DNA from: Euryarchaeota archaeon UBA287
Lineage (GTDB): Archaea; Thermoplasmatota; UBA186; UBA287
Direction of reading: 5' to 3'
NCBI GenBank assembly: GCA_002495235.1
Contig: DAEG01000062.1
Coordinates: 1,358 to 42,384 of the forward strand
DNA: 41,027 nt
Shown: positions 18,143-27,405 of the stretch, one piece after another
Position numbering within the stretch: position 1 is the stretch's first letter
Layout of the letters: every line of letters starts with the position of its first letter
Notes under the pieces: model-generated
What the model was told of the DNA's origin: nothing
Seen by the model: the letters and a program-made list of their open reading frames with translations, nothing else
Database searches by the model: none
Program-made: the position numbers and the translations under genes

Positions 18143-19260
18143 TTTTCCTCCGTCACATCCATGTAATCATAGAAAGCCCAGCCAACCACGCCTGCAGGTA
18201 CTGAGAACGCGGCGACGTAGATAAAGTTCATCATCAGTGTTCTGTTTGGCATATACGGGCCGCTGAAAAACCTAACGATCTCGAGAACGGCGGCCACGAA
18301 CAGGGAGGTTACGGGAACAAGAAAGCTCAGAAACCACGGGCTTGGGCCATAAAGAGAATCAAGCACGTAGGAAAAGATGAACGATATCATGACCACGATC
18401 CCCGGGTAAGAATACCCAAATCCCGCGGTATCATCCAGCACCTTCAGAAGGAAAGCGATGAAGAAGAGAGCTTCCACGGCCAGGGATGTTTTTCTTATTC
18501 TATGGAAAAACGACAGGATGAACAGAGAGAGCGAGACGAAGAGGGATACGGTGTCTCTTCTCACAAGGGAATAGGCAATAAATAGCCCCATCACGCAGGG
18601 TATGAGCCAGTGAAGGTTTGGTCTCTTTATGCTCGGCACGTCCGTTTCAATGTCTATCAGCCTCTCCACCCTGCCTCTTCTCACATAGCTCGGAGCTAAT
18701 ATTGCAACGCAGACGCCGCCGATCGCGTCAACTGCCAGGTCGTGCATTGTATCGAGATAGCCGCGCTGCTCAAAGGTTCCGAAGAAAGAGTCAGAGGCAA
18801 ACTCGCCGAGCTCCCACAGCACGCCAGCGGCGATGGTAAACACGACTGTGAGAAATGCCAGAGCGGCGGGGCTCAGCTCTATTGAGTCAGTGTACCTGTC
18901 AATGGTGTAGATGGCAGTCAGACCTAGTGTGGCGATGAGCATGGATGAGACGAAATGAGTTACGTAATCCCAGTCGTACTTCGTGTATAGCTCGAACACA
19001 CCGCCAAGGATGTGCAGGAGAAGAGAGATCATTATCAGGATCTCTAGCTCGACTCCGATGGAAACGCCAAACTCTCTCCTGATGATCGTCGGCAGGAACG
19101 TCAGGAAGAGAGATACGAATCCGGCCGCCGCCCACAGCTCATCACCCCTGATGAGCGATATGACCGCCAGAACCAGTATGGCTGCCCTGAAACACGCCTC
19201 AACCCTCACATTTGGAAAAGTATATACACTATAAAAAATGTTTTGGTCTGATGGTTTCAA
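18139..19260 (-). CDS. hypothetical polytopic membrane protein
   Basis: About 9-10 hydrophobic spans. ATGA overlap with the NFACT gene. The start is uncertain (TTG 19260 or GTG 19209), with no in-frame ATG near the 5' end. Confidence 0.6.
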   Translation of the reverse strand: MKPSDQNIFYSVYTFPNVRVEACFRAAILVLAVISLIRGDELWAAAGFVSLFLTFLPTIIRREFGVSIGVELEILIMISLLLHILGGVFELYTKYDWDYVTHFVSSMLIATLGLTAIYTIDRYTDSIELSPAALAFLTVVFTIAAGVLWELGEFASDSFFGTFEQRGYLDTMHDLAVDAIGGVCVAILAPSYVRRGRVERLIDIETDVPSIKRPNLHWLIPCVMGLFIAYSLVRRDTVSLFVSLSLFILSFFHRIRKTSLAVEALFFIAFLLKVLDDTAGFGYSYPGIVVMISFIFSYVLDSLYGPSPWFLSFLVPVTSLFVAAVLEIVRFFSGPYMPNRTLMMNFIYVAAFSVPAGVVGWAFYDYMDVTEEK

Positions 19261-19757
19261 AAGAGTTCTATGAAAAGAAGGTCAGAGAGATCATGAAGAG
19301 CGTCGATACAAAAGAGATCCCCATCATAGCCGTTGACGCGTCCATTGAAGACGTGCTGAAGATGCTGCGTGCCAAAAGTCACGTGTGGGTTGTCGACAGC
19401 CTGGAGAACAAAAAACCACTCGGGATCATAACGGAGAAGGATTTCCTCACCGTGGTTAGCCCCATGCCGAGGAGGACGTGGGTGACTGGAGTGACGATAT
19501 TCAAGACGATACAGCAGAGAGAGCTTGAGACCGCAGAGGACCTGATGACAAGGAACCCCATAGGCTGCAAGCCGGATGACACGGTTGAGAAGGCCCTGGA
19601 TCTCATAAGGGATCATGGCATAAACAGGCTGGCTGTTGTTGAGTCAAAGAGACTTGTGGGTGAGATAACTCTGGATAGCATACTGGAGTGGTACAGCTCC
19701 TGCAGCCTGCTCTCTCATCGCGCGACGCAGCAAAAGACGGAAGAATCAGAGAGATAG
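19251..19757 (+). CDS. CBS-domain pair protein
   Basis: Two CBS-like repeats (VREIMK...PIIAVDASIEDVLKML and AEDLMTRNPIGCKPDDTVEKALDLIRDHGINRLAVV). ATG 19251 is preferred over the listed upstream alternative start. Confidence 0.75.
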   Translation: MVSKEFYEKKVREIMKSVDTKEIPIIAVDASIEDVLKMLRAKSHVWVVDSLENKKPLGIITEKDFLTVVSPMPRRTWVTGVTIFKTIQQRELETAEDLMTRNPIGCKPDDTVEKALDLIRDHGINRLAVVESKRLVGEITLDSILEWYSSCSLLSHRATQQKTEESER

Positions 19758-19769
19758 CCGGACATCGCG

Positions 19770-20561
19770 ATGCCAACGCCATACGAGAGGATAGCAGAAA
19801 GAGCGAAGGATGCCGGGATTCTGGTCACGCCCCCTAAGCACTGGGAGATCCTAGGGGACGTCGCGGTGCTTAAGATGGACAGGAGTGACGAAGAGCAGAG
19901 GCTGGGTCAGATCTATGCAGAGATCCTTGGCGTGAAGACCGTCGTGGTCGATGAGGGTATATCCGGGATAAAGAGGAGACCGAGCGTGAGGAAGATATAC
20001 GGGGACGGCACGGAGACGGTAACCAGGGAGAACGGCATAATCTACAGGCTTGACGTCACAAAGGTCATGTTCTCCAGCGGCAACAAGAAGGAGCGCATGA
20101 GGATGGGCTCCGTCGTCAGAGAGGAAGAGAGGATCCTTGACATGTTCGCGGGCATAGGGTACTTCTCCGTACCGATGGGTAAGATAGCTGAGGTCTTCAG
20201 CTGCGAGGTCAACGAGGACGCTTTCCACTATCTCCGCGAGAACATAAGGCTCAATAAGGCCAGCGTGAAGCCTTTTCTTGGGGACAACAGGGATGTAGTG
20301 CCCAATCTGAATACAAAGTTCGACAGGATCGTTATGGGATACCTGAAAGACACCTATGAATTTCTTCCCACAGCGCTGAGCGCCCTTAAGGATGTGGGGA
20401 CCATACATTACCACGAGGCTTTTAGAGACAAAGAAGATGCTCTGACAAGGGTAAAGAGCATATGCGAGGGCTGCGGCAGGGATATCCGGGCGATCAGGGA
20501 GAACAGGATAAAGTCGATAGCGCCGCGGGTGGAGCACTACGTCTTTGATCTGAGCTTCTGA
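19770..20561 (+). CDS. TRM5/TYW2-family tRNA methyltransferase/aminocarboxypropyltransferase (Taw2-like)
   Basis: ILGDVAVLK, ILDMFAGIGYFSVP (SAM motif I) and VMGYL motifs. The short length (263 aa) fits Taw2/Trm5a-type archaeal enzymes. Confidence 0.75.
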   Translation: MPTPYERIAERAKDAGILVTPPKHWEILGDVAVLKMDRSDEEQRLGQIYAEILGVKTVVVDEGISGIKRRPSVRKIYGDGTETVTRENGIIYRLDVTKVMFSSGNKKERMRMGSVVREEERILDMFAGIGYFSVPMGKIAEVFSCEVNEDAFHYLRENIRLNKASVKPFLGDNRDVVPNLNTKFDRIVMGYLKDTYEFLPTALSALKDVGTIHYHEAFRDKEDALTRVKSICEGCGRDIRAIRENRIKSIAPRVEHYVFDLSF

Positions 20562-20741
20562 TCGGATACGTCTGCTTTCCAGGCTCAGACCAACCATTAT
20601 TTGTTGTAACTTGTTTTGGCATGCACGAAGCGCTCTCACACGCAACTCAGATAGCCTGTTCAGGATCTGTCGTTTGCAGAGGTTTTTGTTGACCGAGATC
20701 GTGGCGCTGTCTTGTTTCTCTCTCTTAGTCCTTTTTTCGTT

Positions 20742-23700
20742 CTATTTCTGGAAGTTGCTTCGATTTATGCCAATCCCGTAAAGCGAATTAACCAAATCTT
20801 CTAAATGACATAAGCGTACAGAATATTCACTACATATCTCACTATCTTTATAATCCCTCAATTCTATAAGATTTAATACATCATCTGAGATTTGTTCGTA
20901 TAGTGACACATCGCAAGAGATCAAATTTTTTGGTACAGGAAGTTTTTCTAAAAATTTTGATCTATATCTCAGATATCCTCCGCCCATGTGCATCCCTGCA
21001 AATAATATTTCATATATTTTTGATAACAATTGTGAATTTAACAATCCTAATATCATTTCAATTTTTAAATCGATGTTATCTTTGATTACTGCAAAGTATA
21101 CGCCGCCCTGTGGAATCATTTTTTCGCAATCTAATGTTGCCTCTATCTCAAGAGCATCTTCTGATATTACTATCTTTCTTTTTAAAGAATTTTGATACCT
21201 TTCTGAACTTTGAGATGTAATCTTTCTTAAATTTTGAGCGCTTATGTACGTCCCTTTCTTTATTTTTGAATATTTTGAGAACTGGTATTGTTTAACAATA
21301 GGAAAGTCCCCCGATTCTTCTTCGTATTTTTCAGGAATTCTCAATCCCTCACTTATCTTTATTATTTCGCCAACATATACTGAATTTTTATAAAGGCCCA
21401 GTACAAAATCGATGTCTTTTTGATCCACATTAATTGGAATGACTCTATATGGTAACAAATTAAGTTGTTCTGTCGTTATCTGATATTTTTTATGCGATGT
21501 CCGTAGTCCTTTAAAACTTAATTCTTTTGCTTCCCTAACTGTAACTGGCATCATGTGCTTGTCTCTAGTAAAAATTGATATGACAGGATAATTTGCAGCG
21601 CTATCAAAAACGCCTAACCTGGAAGTACTTATTATTTCAACTTTTGAGGTGCTATCAAATAAAAAATTTCTGAGATCTATGGCGGAGTCTGCAGCACAAT
21701 ATTTGTTTGGCGTGATAAAAGTAAAATTGCCATTCTGCGCTGATATCTTTTTTGCCAATTCAAAAAACAGATAATACAGATCATATTTGCCTTGGCTTGA
21801 AATATAAATATTTTTATATATGCTTTTTTGATAGGGATCTATTTCATCAACTCTAACATATGGTGGATTCGCAATAACAACATCAAATCCAGGATTCTCT
21901 CTCTGAAAGACCTCGGCAAAGTAGAGTTTCCAGAGGAAGAATGGTTTTACATTGGTCTTTCTGTATTGTTCGAGTTTGGCCATGGCCTCTTCACGGCCCT
22001 GCTCTTTAAGCGTAGCTTCGATAAGCTCCCATTCTATCCGGTCTATCCTTTCCCTGAGCTTTTTCTTGTTGTTCCTGTTCTGCTCGTTGAAGAACCCTTT
22101 CTGGAGCTCTCTCAATTCCTTCAGTTTTATCTGGGATTCTCTGATCCTCTGCTCCAGTGCCTGCTCCAGTGCCTGATCCCTGCTTATCTGCGCTCCCTTG
22201 CCATTCTGCCTCTTCTCCAGCGCCGCCTTCCTCTTCTGCAGGTTCTCCAGCTCTTCAGCGTATTTCCTTATTTCGGGTCGCTGGTCACCGAATCTGGTCT
22301 CTGACAGGACCCTGTTGAGGCGTGATATCTGTTCTTTGACCCATTCGATCTCCAGCTCGGTCGGGCTTTTGGATGCTATTTCCCCAAGCAGTCTCTCATC
22401 GAATAGTCTGATACCCTCAAATTCTTCCAGAAGGCTGTTGCCGCACATTATCTTATGGTCAAGGTTAGGGAGTGGTTGTATGTTCTCTCTCTTTTCTTCA
22501 TCCACGATCAGTGATAACCAGAACCTGAGCTTGGCTATCTCTACGGCGGATGGATCGATATCCACGCCGTACAGACAGTTCTCAATGCACTGCCGTTTTA
22601 GATTGTACTCTGTTCTGGACTCCCGTTCTTCGGGGGAGAAGAAAAGTGTGAGGATAGAGCGGGCCTTGACGATCTCGTTCATCATACCTACCGGAAAAGC
22701 ACCTGAGCCGACAGCAGGGTCTACCACCTTGATGTCCTGCAAAAGTTTGTCTATTTTCCGGTAGTTGTCAGCGATCGATCCTGGAACAAGCGAGCTCTCA
22801 TCAACATAGCTTTTACCACTATAACGTTCCTTCTGCGCCATATATCTTATTGTCTGGTCCAAAGCTATGTCACCATACTGGACAAAACGCTCTATGTCCT
22901 CTCTTGATATGTTCTGGGTGTTTGTTTCAAGGTAGTTGATCAGACTCTGCTGACACATGTAATGAACGATCTCTCTGGGCGTATAGAAAGCGCCCCTGTC
23001 CTTGCGCTCCCTGACCTCTAGAAGATTTTCAAAGACTTTTCCGAGCATCTCAGGATCAATTGCAACCTCCTTTTCGAGCGGTTCATCCTCCTTGACTGTA
23101 AAATTGTATCTGTCGAATACGTCAAGTATCCCTGTCCCTGTATCTCCCGCGTTTGTTCTGACCGAGTTTGAAAAAAGTTCATTAGGTATAATTATATCAG
23201 TGTCAGTCCAGTTGTAGTCGTTCAGCGGTTCAAAAAGGCCACCATTTAGGAATGGTATCTTGCATCTGAAACGGCTGTAATAATCGTTGTCTGCGCTCCT
23301 GTCGGTGGATAGAGCTTCATAGAATAGCGGTTCCAGCACGTCGTTGAAGAAACTGTCGTAAGACGTGGTCTTCTTATCGAACAGTTTTCGCAGGAAATTT
23401 CTTGGTCCGGTCCCCCATTCATCGAACGTGCCATCGGATCTCTTCTGAACGCCGAGCCACCCCTTCTTTTGCAGGAAGTAGATGAACACAATCTGTCCCA
23501 TCAGCTTCTTTGAGAAATCTATGGCGGAAATGCCTTTGTTGCTGAACTCCGCCCCTATCCTCTGATCCTTTGCCAAGATCTCATCCACGGCTTCCTTGAG
23601 CTTGATCGTCAATTCCTTGTACTTCTCGAAGAACTCCTTTGTCACGTTCTCGACACTGAACGCCTGTTCAATCTGGCTGATTAAGGGATTTGTCTTCTCT

Positions 23701-24215
23701 TCAATCACAAGATCAAGAAACTGCTTCTGGCAGGTGTGATTGGGTTCGTTTACTCCTACAAGGAATGAATAACGTTTTGCGGGTGTCAGTTCCTTTGTGG
23801 GCATCGCTATTCCATTCTCGTTTTTGACCAGGTCATATTCCATCTTTACGTATGAAAGACGCCAGTCTTCATCATCGTCGCCATAGAACGCTACAAGCGC
23901 CGCGTCTACGCCATAGTTAGATAGCCACGAGGCGATGAAGTTTCTCTGCATGGTTCTGGCTCTGTCCCGTGATGACGTTCTTTTGAGCTTTACAGCAAGT
24001 ATCTCCATACTCTTTTTTGATGTGTCTCTGTACCCTGCGATCTTTTTACAGTCGGATATGTACTCTCTGAACTGGCTTGCGACAAATTGGGTTTTATCCT
24101 GAATGTTGATCTGGATCTCATTGAACAACTCCTTGATGAATCTGGAAAATTGGTCAATGTCAAAATTTTTTTTGAATGTGTCATCCAGCAGTTTGACGGC
24201 TTGTATCCTATTCAT
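20742..24215 (-). CDS. large gamma-class N6-adenine DNA methyltransferase (MmeI/PglX/Eco57I-like) with TaqI-like C-terminal specificity domain
   Basis: IPFLNGGLFE, GAFYTPREIV (motif X), VVDPAVGSGAFP (motif I), YGVDIDPSAVEIAKLRFWL, NLDHKIMCGNSLL, a charged coiled-coil insertion of about 150 aa, then FDVVIANPPYV (motif IV, nt 21858-21869). The C-terminal domain of about 370 aa ends with GGGYLRYRSKFLEKLPVP. ATG 24215 lies inside the last codons of the upstream gene (aacAATGAATAG). Confidence 0.85.
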   Translation of the reverse strand: MNRIQAVKLLDDTFKKNFDIDQFSRFIKELFNEIQINIQDKTQFVASQFREYISDCKKIAGYRDTSKKSMEILAVKLKRTSSRDRARTMQRNFIASWLSNYGVDAALVAFYGDDDEDWRLSYVKMEYDLVKNENGIAMPTKELTPAKRYSFLVGVNEPNHTCQKQFLDLVIEEKTNPLISQIEQAFSVENVTKEFFEKYKELTIKLKEAVDEILAKDQRIGAEFSNKGISAIDFSKKLMGQIVFIYFLQKKGWLGVQKRSDGTFDEWGTGPRNFLRKLFDKKTTSYDSFFNDVLEPLFYEALSTDRSADNDYYSRFRCKIPFLNGGLFEPLNDYNWTDTDIIIPNELFSNSVRTNAGDTGTGILDVFDRYNFTVKEDEPLEKEVAIDPEMLGKVFENLLEVRERKDRGAFYTPREIVHYMCQQSLINYLETNTQNISREDIERFVQYGDIALDQTIRYMAQKERYSGKSYVDESSLVPGSIADNYRKIDKLLQDIKVVDPAVGSGAFPVGMMNEIVKARSILTLFFSPEERESRTEYNLKRQCIENCLYGVDIDPSAVEIAKLRFWLSLIVDEEKRENIQPLPNLDHKIMCGNSLLEEFEGIRLFDERLLGEIASKSPTELEIEWVKEQISRLNRVLSETRFGDQRPEIRKYAEELENLQKRKAALEKRQNGKGAQISRDQALEQALEQRIRESQIKLKELRELQKGFFNEQNRNNKKKLRERIDRIEWELIEATLKEQGREEAMAKLEQYRKTNVKPFFLWKLYFAEVFQRENPGFDVVIANPPYVRVDEIDPYQKSIYKNIYISSQGKYDLYYLFFELAKKISAQNGNFTFITPNKYCAADSAIDLRNFLFDSTSKVEIISTSRLGVFDSAANYPVISIFTRDKHMMPVTVREAKELSFKGLRTSHKKYQITTEQLNLLPYRVIPINVDQKDIDFVLGLYKNSVYVGEIIKISEGLRIPEKYEEESGDFPIVKQYQFSKYSKIKKGTYISAQNLRKITSQSSERYQNSLKRKIVISEDALEIEATLDCEKMIPQGGVYFAVIKDNIDLKIEMILGLLNSQLLSKIYEILFAGMHMGGGYLRYRSKFLEKLPVPKNLISCDVSLYEQISDDVLNLIELRDYKDSEICSEYSVRLCHLEDLVNSLYGIGINRSNFQK

Positions 24216-27200
24216 TGTTCTCACTACTCACAAGGTATTCTGAGAGCACAACCTCCCGTACTCCAGAAGTATTGGTTGAAGTGTCCGAATGAACTTTTCT
24301 GAACCGATCCGGCGATATCCCGGCTCTGATTTTTGCAACTATCTTTAATGGATCAATATCATTTTCGATACTTTTTTCCACCTCGGTCACCCTGGGCTTC
24401 TGCAATCCGCCATCTCTTATCAGGTCAAGAACTGCCTGAAGATAATCTTCATCATCGTCGGTTAGCTCTGGTTTGTGGATTATGGCCTTTATTCTCTTGA
24501 TCAATTTTGACTCATGACTCGTTCCTGTTGGGATTCTGGCGGATTCCTCCGCGCTCATCACGACCCCATCAAAAGCTTTTTTATTACGCTCCAGATGCTT
24601 ATAAAAATCTGGTTTTAACTCTCTTCGCTCTGTGTTTTTTTGCGCCTCGAGGATCTTGGAGGCCGTGGAAAAATCCACTTCTTTAACATTTTCGCCCTCG
24701 GTCTGGAAGATTTTTCTGAACTTATCCTGTCTGAAAAATGTGATCACGGAATCTTGTTCGGAGTCATAGCCCCTTGCGGTTCTTGCCTTCTTTGGGAGGC
24801 GCTTTATTCTTTCATACAGCTCCTTGTTGTTGTCCCGGAGATCTCTCAAAAAAGTTAGGTACCCCAATTCAGGATTCTCCTCTTCGTTCTCTCCGGTAAT
24901 CTGCTCTTTTGAGGTCAATTTTTTGAACAGATCATGTGATTTGATTTCTTCGTCTGTGAGTAAAACTGCATCATTTCCCAGCATCTCGATGAATGCCTTT
25001 ATCTTTGATTCCGCCGCTTCCTCCAGGCCAATGTTTTCGTTTATTGGTCCGGCAGGGAAAAAGTTGTACGTGTATATCTGGCCGAATGGTGGGTTCTTAC
25101 TGACTCTGTTGACCCTGCCGACTCTCTGCATCATCCGGACCGGATTCCATGGGATATCGTAGTTTATAACAACATTGGATCTGTGGAGGTTTACGCCTTC
25201 TGATAATATGTCTGTAGATATCAGTATCCGAACATCATCCTCTTGTTTTTGAGGGCTGAGATTCGCATCAAAATTCTGCAGGATCTTTTTTCTCATGCCT
25301 TCGGGAGACTGGCTGTGAAAAGCAAGGACAGAGCCTTTGAAATATCTATTGAGTTTGGATTCTAGATAGGTTGCAGTATCTTTTGATTCTGTAAAGACTA
25401 TCAACTTGTGCTTTTTCAGGGTTTCATCTGATTTTAATATCTCAATAAATCTGTCGAGCTTAGGGTCCTGATCAATATGACTCCACATCTCCCCAATTTT
25501 TTTCAGGAGGTTTAAATCGTGCTCCAGATCTTTAATGAGATCGGGAGTGAAATCCTCCGCAGGATATATCGAGACTTTGTCTTCATCAATCAATCTTTGT
25601 ATGGTGTCTTCATCATCTCTCTCCCGCAACTCAAAGATTTTTTTAATATTCTTGCTCGTACACACGTAGCCCTTGTTGTATTGCGCGATAAATCCAGATG
25701 TTGAATCGATAAAACGGCCTATTGTTTTTTTGAATGCACAGAAACTGCTTTCGAGACGTTTCAGTAGCAGTATCTTCATTAAACGGCCCATGTTCCTCTG
25801 GTGTGTCTGCTGATTCTCAGGCAGTTCCTCTTTCAGATATAACAGCGGCGTGTATCTTGCATACCTGAAATCATTTATGATAAGTTCCAGCGTGGTGTTG
25901 AAGGTTTTATCCAGGTCTTCATCAAAATGGTAGACCACAGGCTCAGGATCCCTGATCTCCGGGAATTTTAATTTGTTTCTATTCAGATCCTCTTGGTAGT
26001 ATTTTATGATGTTACTTCTTGTTCTGCGAACCATCAGATATTGTAAAACGTTCTCCCGAATGTCCTTTGCGTTCTCCTGAACGACCCGGATATACTCATC
26101 TTTATCGGTTTGTCTGCTCAGATTTTTCAGTCTGGTCTGGAGGGTGTTGAAATATCTTTCAATATCGCGAACTTTAGGATTTGGTAATGTTGATCTGTGT
26201 GCGAGCTGAAAAAGCTTGATCTGGCTGAGGATATCGAGTGGTGTATTGTTCAGGGGCGTGGCGGATACGAGAATGACACGCTTGCCACTGCAGATACTAA
26301 AAAGCTCATCGTACATCTGGGTGGTTTCGGTTCTGAATCGGTGAGATTCGTCAATAAATACGTTTGTATATCCATCGACGCCCTGTTCTACCAGCTTATC
26401 CAGCTTACCTATCGACTCAAATTTTGACTGCCTCACCCCAAAATCCCTGAAAACGTTGGGCCAGGAACCCGGGTTATCTTCATCGATGAGAGCAGGTGGA
26501 GCGATAACAAGGTTTCTACCATCCAGCTGCTTGGCCAGCATTGCGGCGATATAGGTTTTTCCAAGACCCACCACATCCGAAAGAAATACACCATGGTATT
26601 CTTCCAGCTTTGATTTTGCATCTATTACGGCGTCTTTTTGATATTCCAGCTCCATGAAGTTATCCGGGTGATAATCGAAATCCAGCTCTTCTTGATCCAG
26701 ATCTATTTTTTCTTTCAGATACTCATAAAGGAATTTTAAATAGAGCTCGTAGGGAGTGATTTCATTGTTTATCCACGTGTGCTTTTGAACGGTTTCAATA
26801 TATTTTTCTGAAACGTCAATAGCCTTTTCCCACAGCTCATTGAATTTTACCTCAGAGAACTCGTAATCTGCATAGTTTTTAAGTTCAACATTGAATTCGA
26901 GGTTGTTTCTAAGTCCGGATTCGGTGAAGTTGCTTGAGCCCGTTATTACTCGGCCCACATCCCTGTCGCCTTCTTTAAATCTCATTATGTACAATTTTGC
27001 GTGCATATTTCCTTCCGGATAGGCTCGAATTTCCAATTTCTTGTTTTTAAGCCACTCTATGAACTTCAGCACTCCTTCTTCCACATCCTCAGAATCATTT
27101 GATTCATCCATCTCGGATATGACTTTTTTGTCGAAGTCATCTTTTAACTCTTTTGCAGATAGTAGTTCTTGTTGGCCATAGCGCGACTCTTCAATCATCC

Positions 27201-27405
27201 GATATGTTTTTTGATCTGTGTTTATTCCTATGAGAATTCTTATCTTTTCTGTGTTCTCCAAGGATTTATAGATCGCCTTGAAACCTGAGGAGCGAAAGTA
27301 TCCTACAAGGCAATCGAAGAAACGAGTGTCTTTGATGAGTTCGGAGAAGCGCTGCTGAAGATTATGACCCTCCTCGTTTGTGATAAATGTAAGATCCTCT
27401 GTCAT
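24208..27405 (-). CDS. PLD-family (HKD) nuclease domain fused to SNF2/SF2 helicase, with uncharacterised C-terminal region
   Basis: N-terminal domain with FDCLVGYFRSSGF, KIRILIG, NMHAKLYIM (H-x-K) and ITGSSNFTESGL (GSxN). Helicase motifs are DVVGLGKTY (I), FIDESHRF (II), LVSATPLNN (III), STDILSEGVNLH (V) and NPVRMMQRVGRVNRV (VI). ATG 27405 is preceded by ggagag. TTG 27438 is the alternative start. Confidence 0.85.
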   Translation of the reverse strand: MTEDLTFITNEEGHNLQQRFSELIKDTRFFDCLVGYFRSSGFKAIYKSLENTEKIRILIGINTDQKTYRMIEESRYGQQELLSAKELKDDFDKKVISEMDESNDSEDVEEGVLKFIEWLKNKKLEIRAYPEGNMHAKLYIMRFKEGDRDVGRVITGSSNFTESGLRNNLEFNVELKNYADYEFSEVKFNELWEKAIDVSEKYIETVQKHTWINNEITPYELYLKFLYEYLKEKIDLDQEELDFDYHPDNFMELEYQKDAVIDAKSKLEEYHGVFLSDVVGLGKTYIAAMLAKQLDGRNLVIAPPALIDEDNPGSWPNVFRDFGVRQSKFESIGKLDKLVEQGVDGYTNVFIDESHRFRTETTQMYDELFSICSGKRVILVSATPLNNTPLDILSQIKLFQLAHRSTLPNPKVRDIERYFNTLQTRLKNLSRQTDKDEYIRVVQENAKDIRENVLQYLMVRRTRSNIIKYYQEDLNRNKLKFPEIRDPEPVVYHFDEDLDKTFNTTLELIINDFRYARYTPLLYLKEELPENQQTHQRNMGRLMKILLLKRLESSFCAFKKTIGRFIDSTSGFIAQYNKGYVCTSKNIKKIFELRERDDEDTIQRLIDEDKVSIYPAEDFTPDLIKDLEHDLNLLKKIGEMWSHIDQDPKLDRFIEILKSDETLKKHKLIVFTESKDTATYLESKLNRYFKGSVLAFHSQSPEGMRKKILQNFDANLSPQKQEDDVRILISTDILSEGVNLHRSNVVINYDIPWNPVRMMQRVGRVNRVSKNPPFGQIYTYNFFPAGPINENIGLEEAAESKIKAFIEMLGNDAVLLTDEEIKSHDLFKKLTSKEQITGENEEENPELGYLTFLRDLRDNNKELYERIKRLPKKARTARGYDSEQDSVITFFRQDKFRKIFQTEGENVKEVDFSTASKILEAQKNTERRELKPDFYKHLERNKKAFDGVVMSAEESARIPTGTSHESKLIKRIKAIIHKPELTDDDEDYLQAVLDLIRDGGLQKPRVTEVEKSIENDIDPLKIVAKIRAGISPDRFRKVHSDTSTNTSGVREVVLSEYLVSSENNE

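Noticed and set aside
20562-20741. Both island borders (20562-20741 and 27439-27706) were searched for a tRNA or tRNA fragment, att-like direct repeats, inverted repeats, or integrase/transposase remnants.
   Set aside because: I saw no cloverleaf-compatible sequence and no T-loop consensus. The best shared word is about 7-8 nt (cctgtt.ag), which is not significant by eye. The mode of acquisition therefore stays unknown, and the island is not labelled a mobile element.
22150-22180. A tandem 12-nt duplication (ctgctccagtgc x2) inside the methyltransferase gene, considered as a possible phase-variation repeat.
   Set aside because: There are only two copies. It is in frame, encoding QALEQALEQ within the coiled-coil insertion. 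That is too short to act as a contingency locus.
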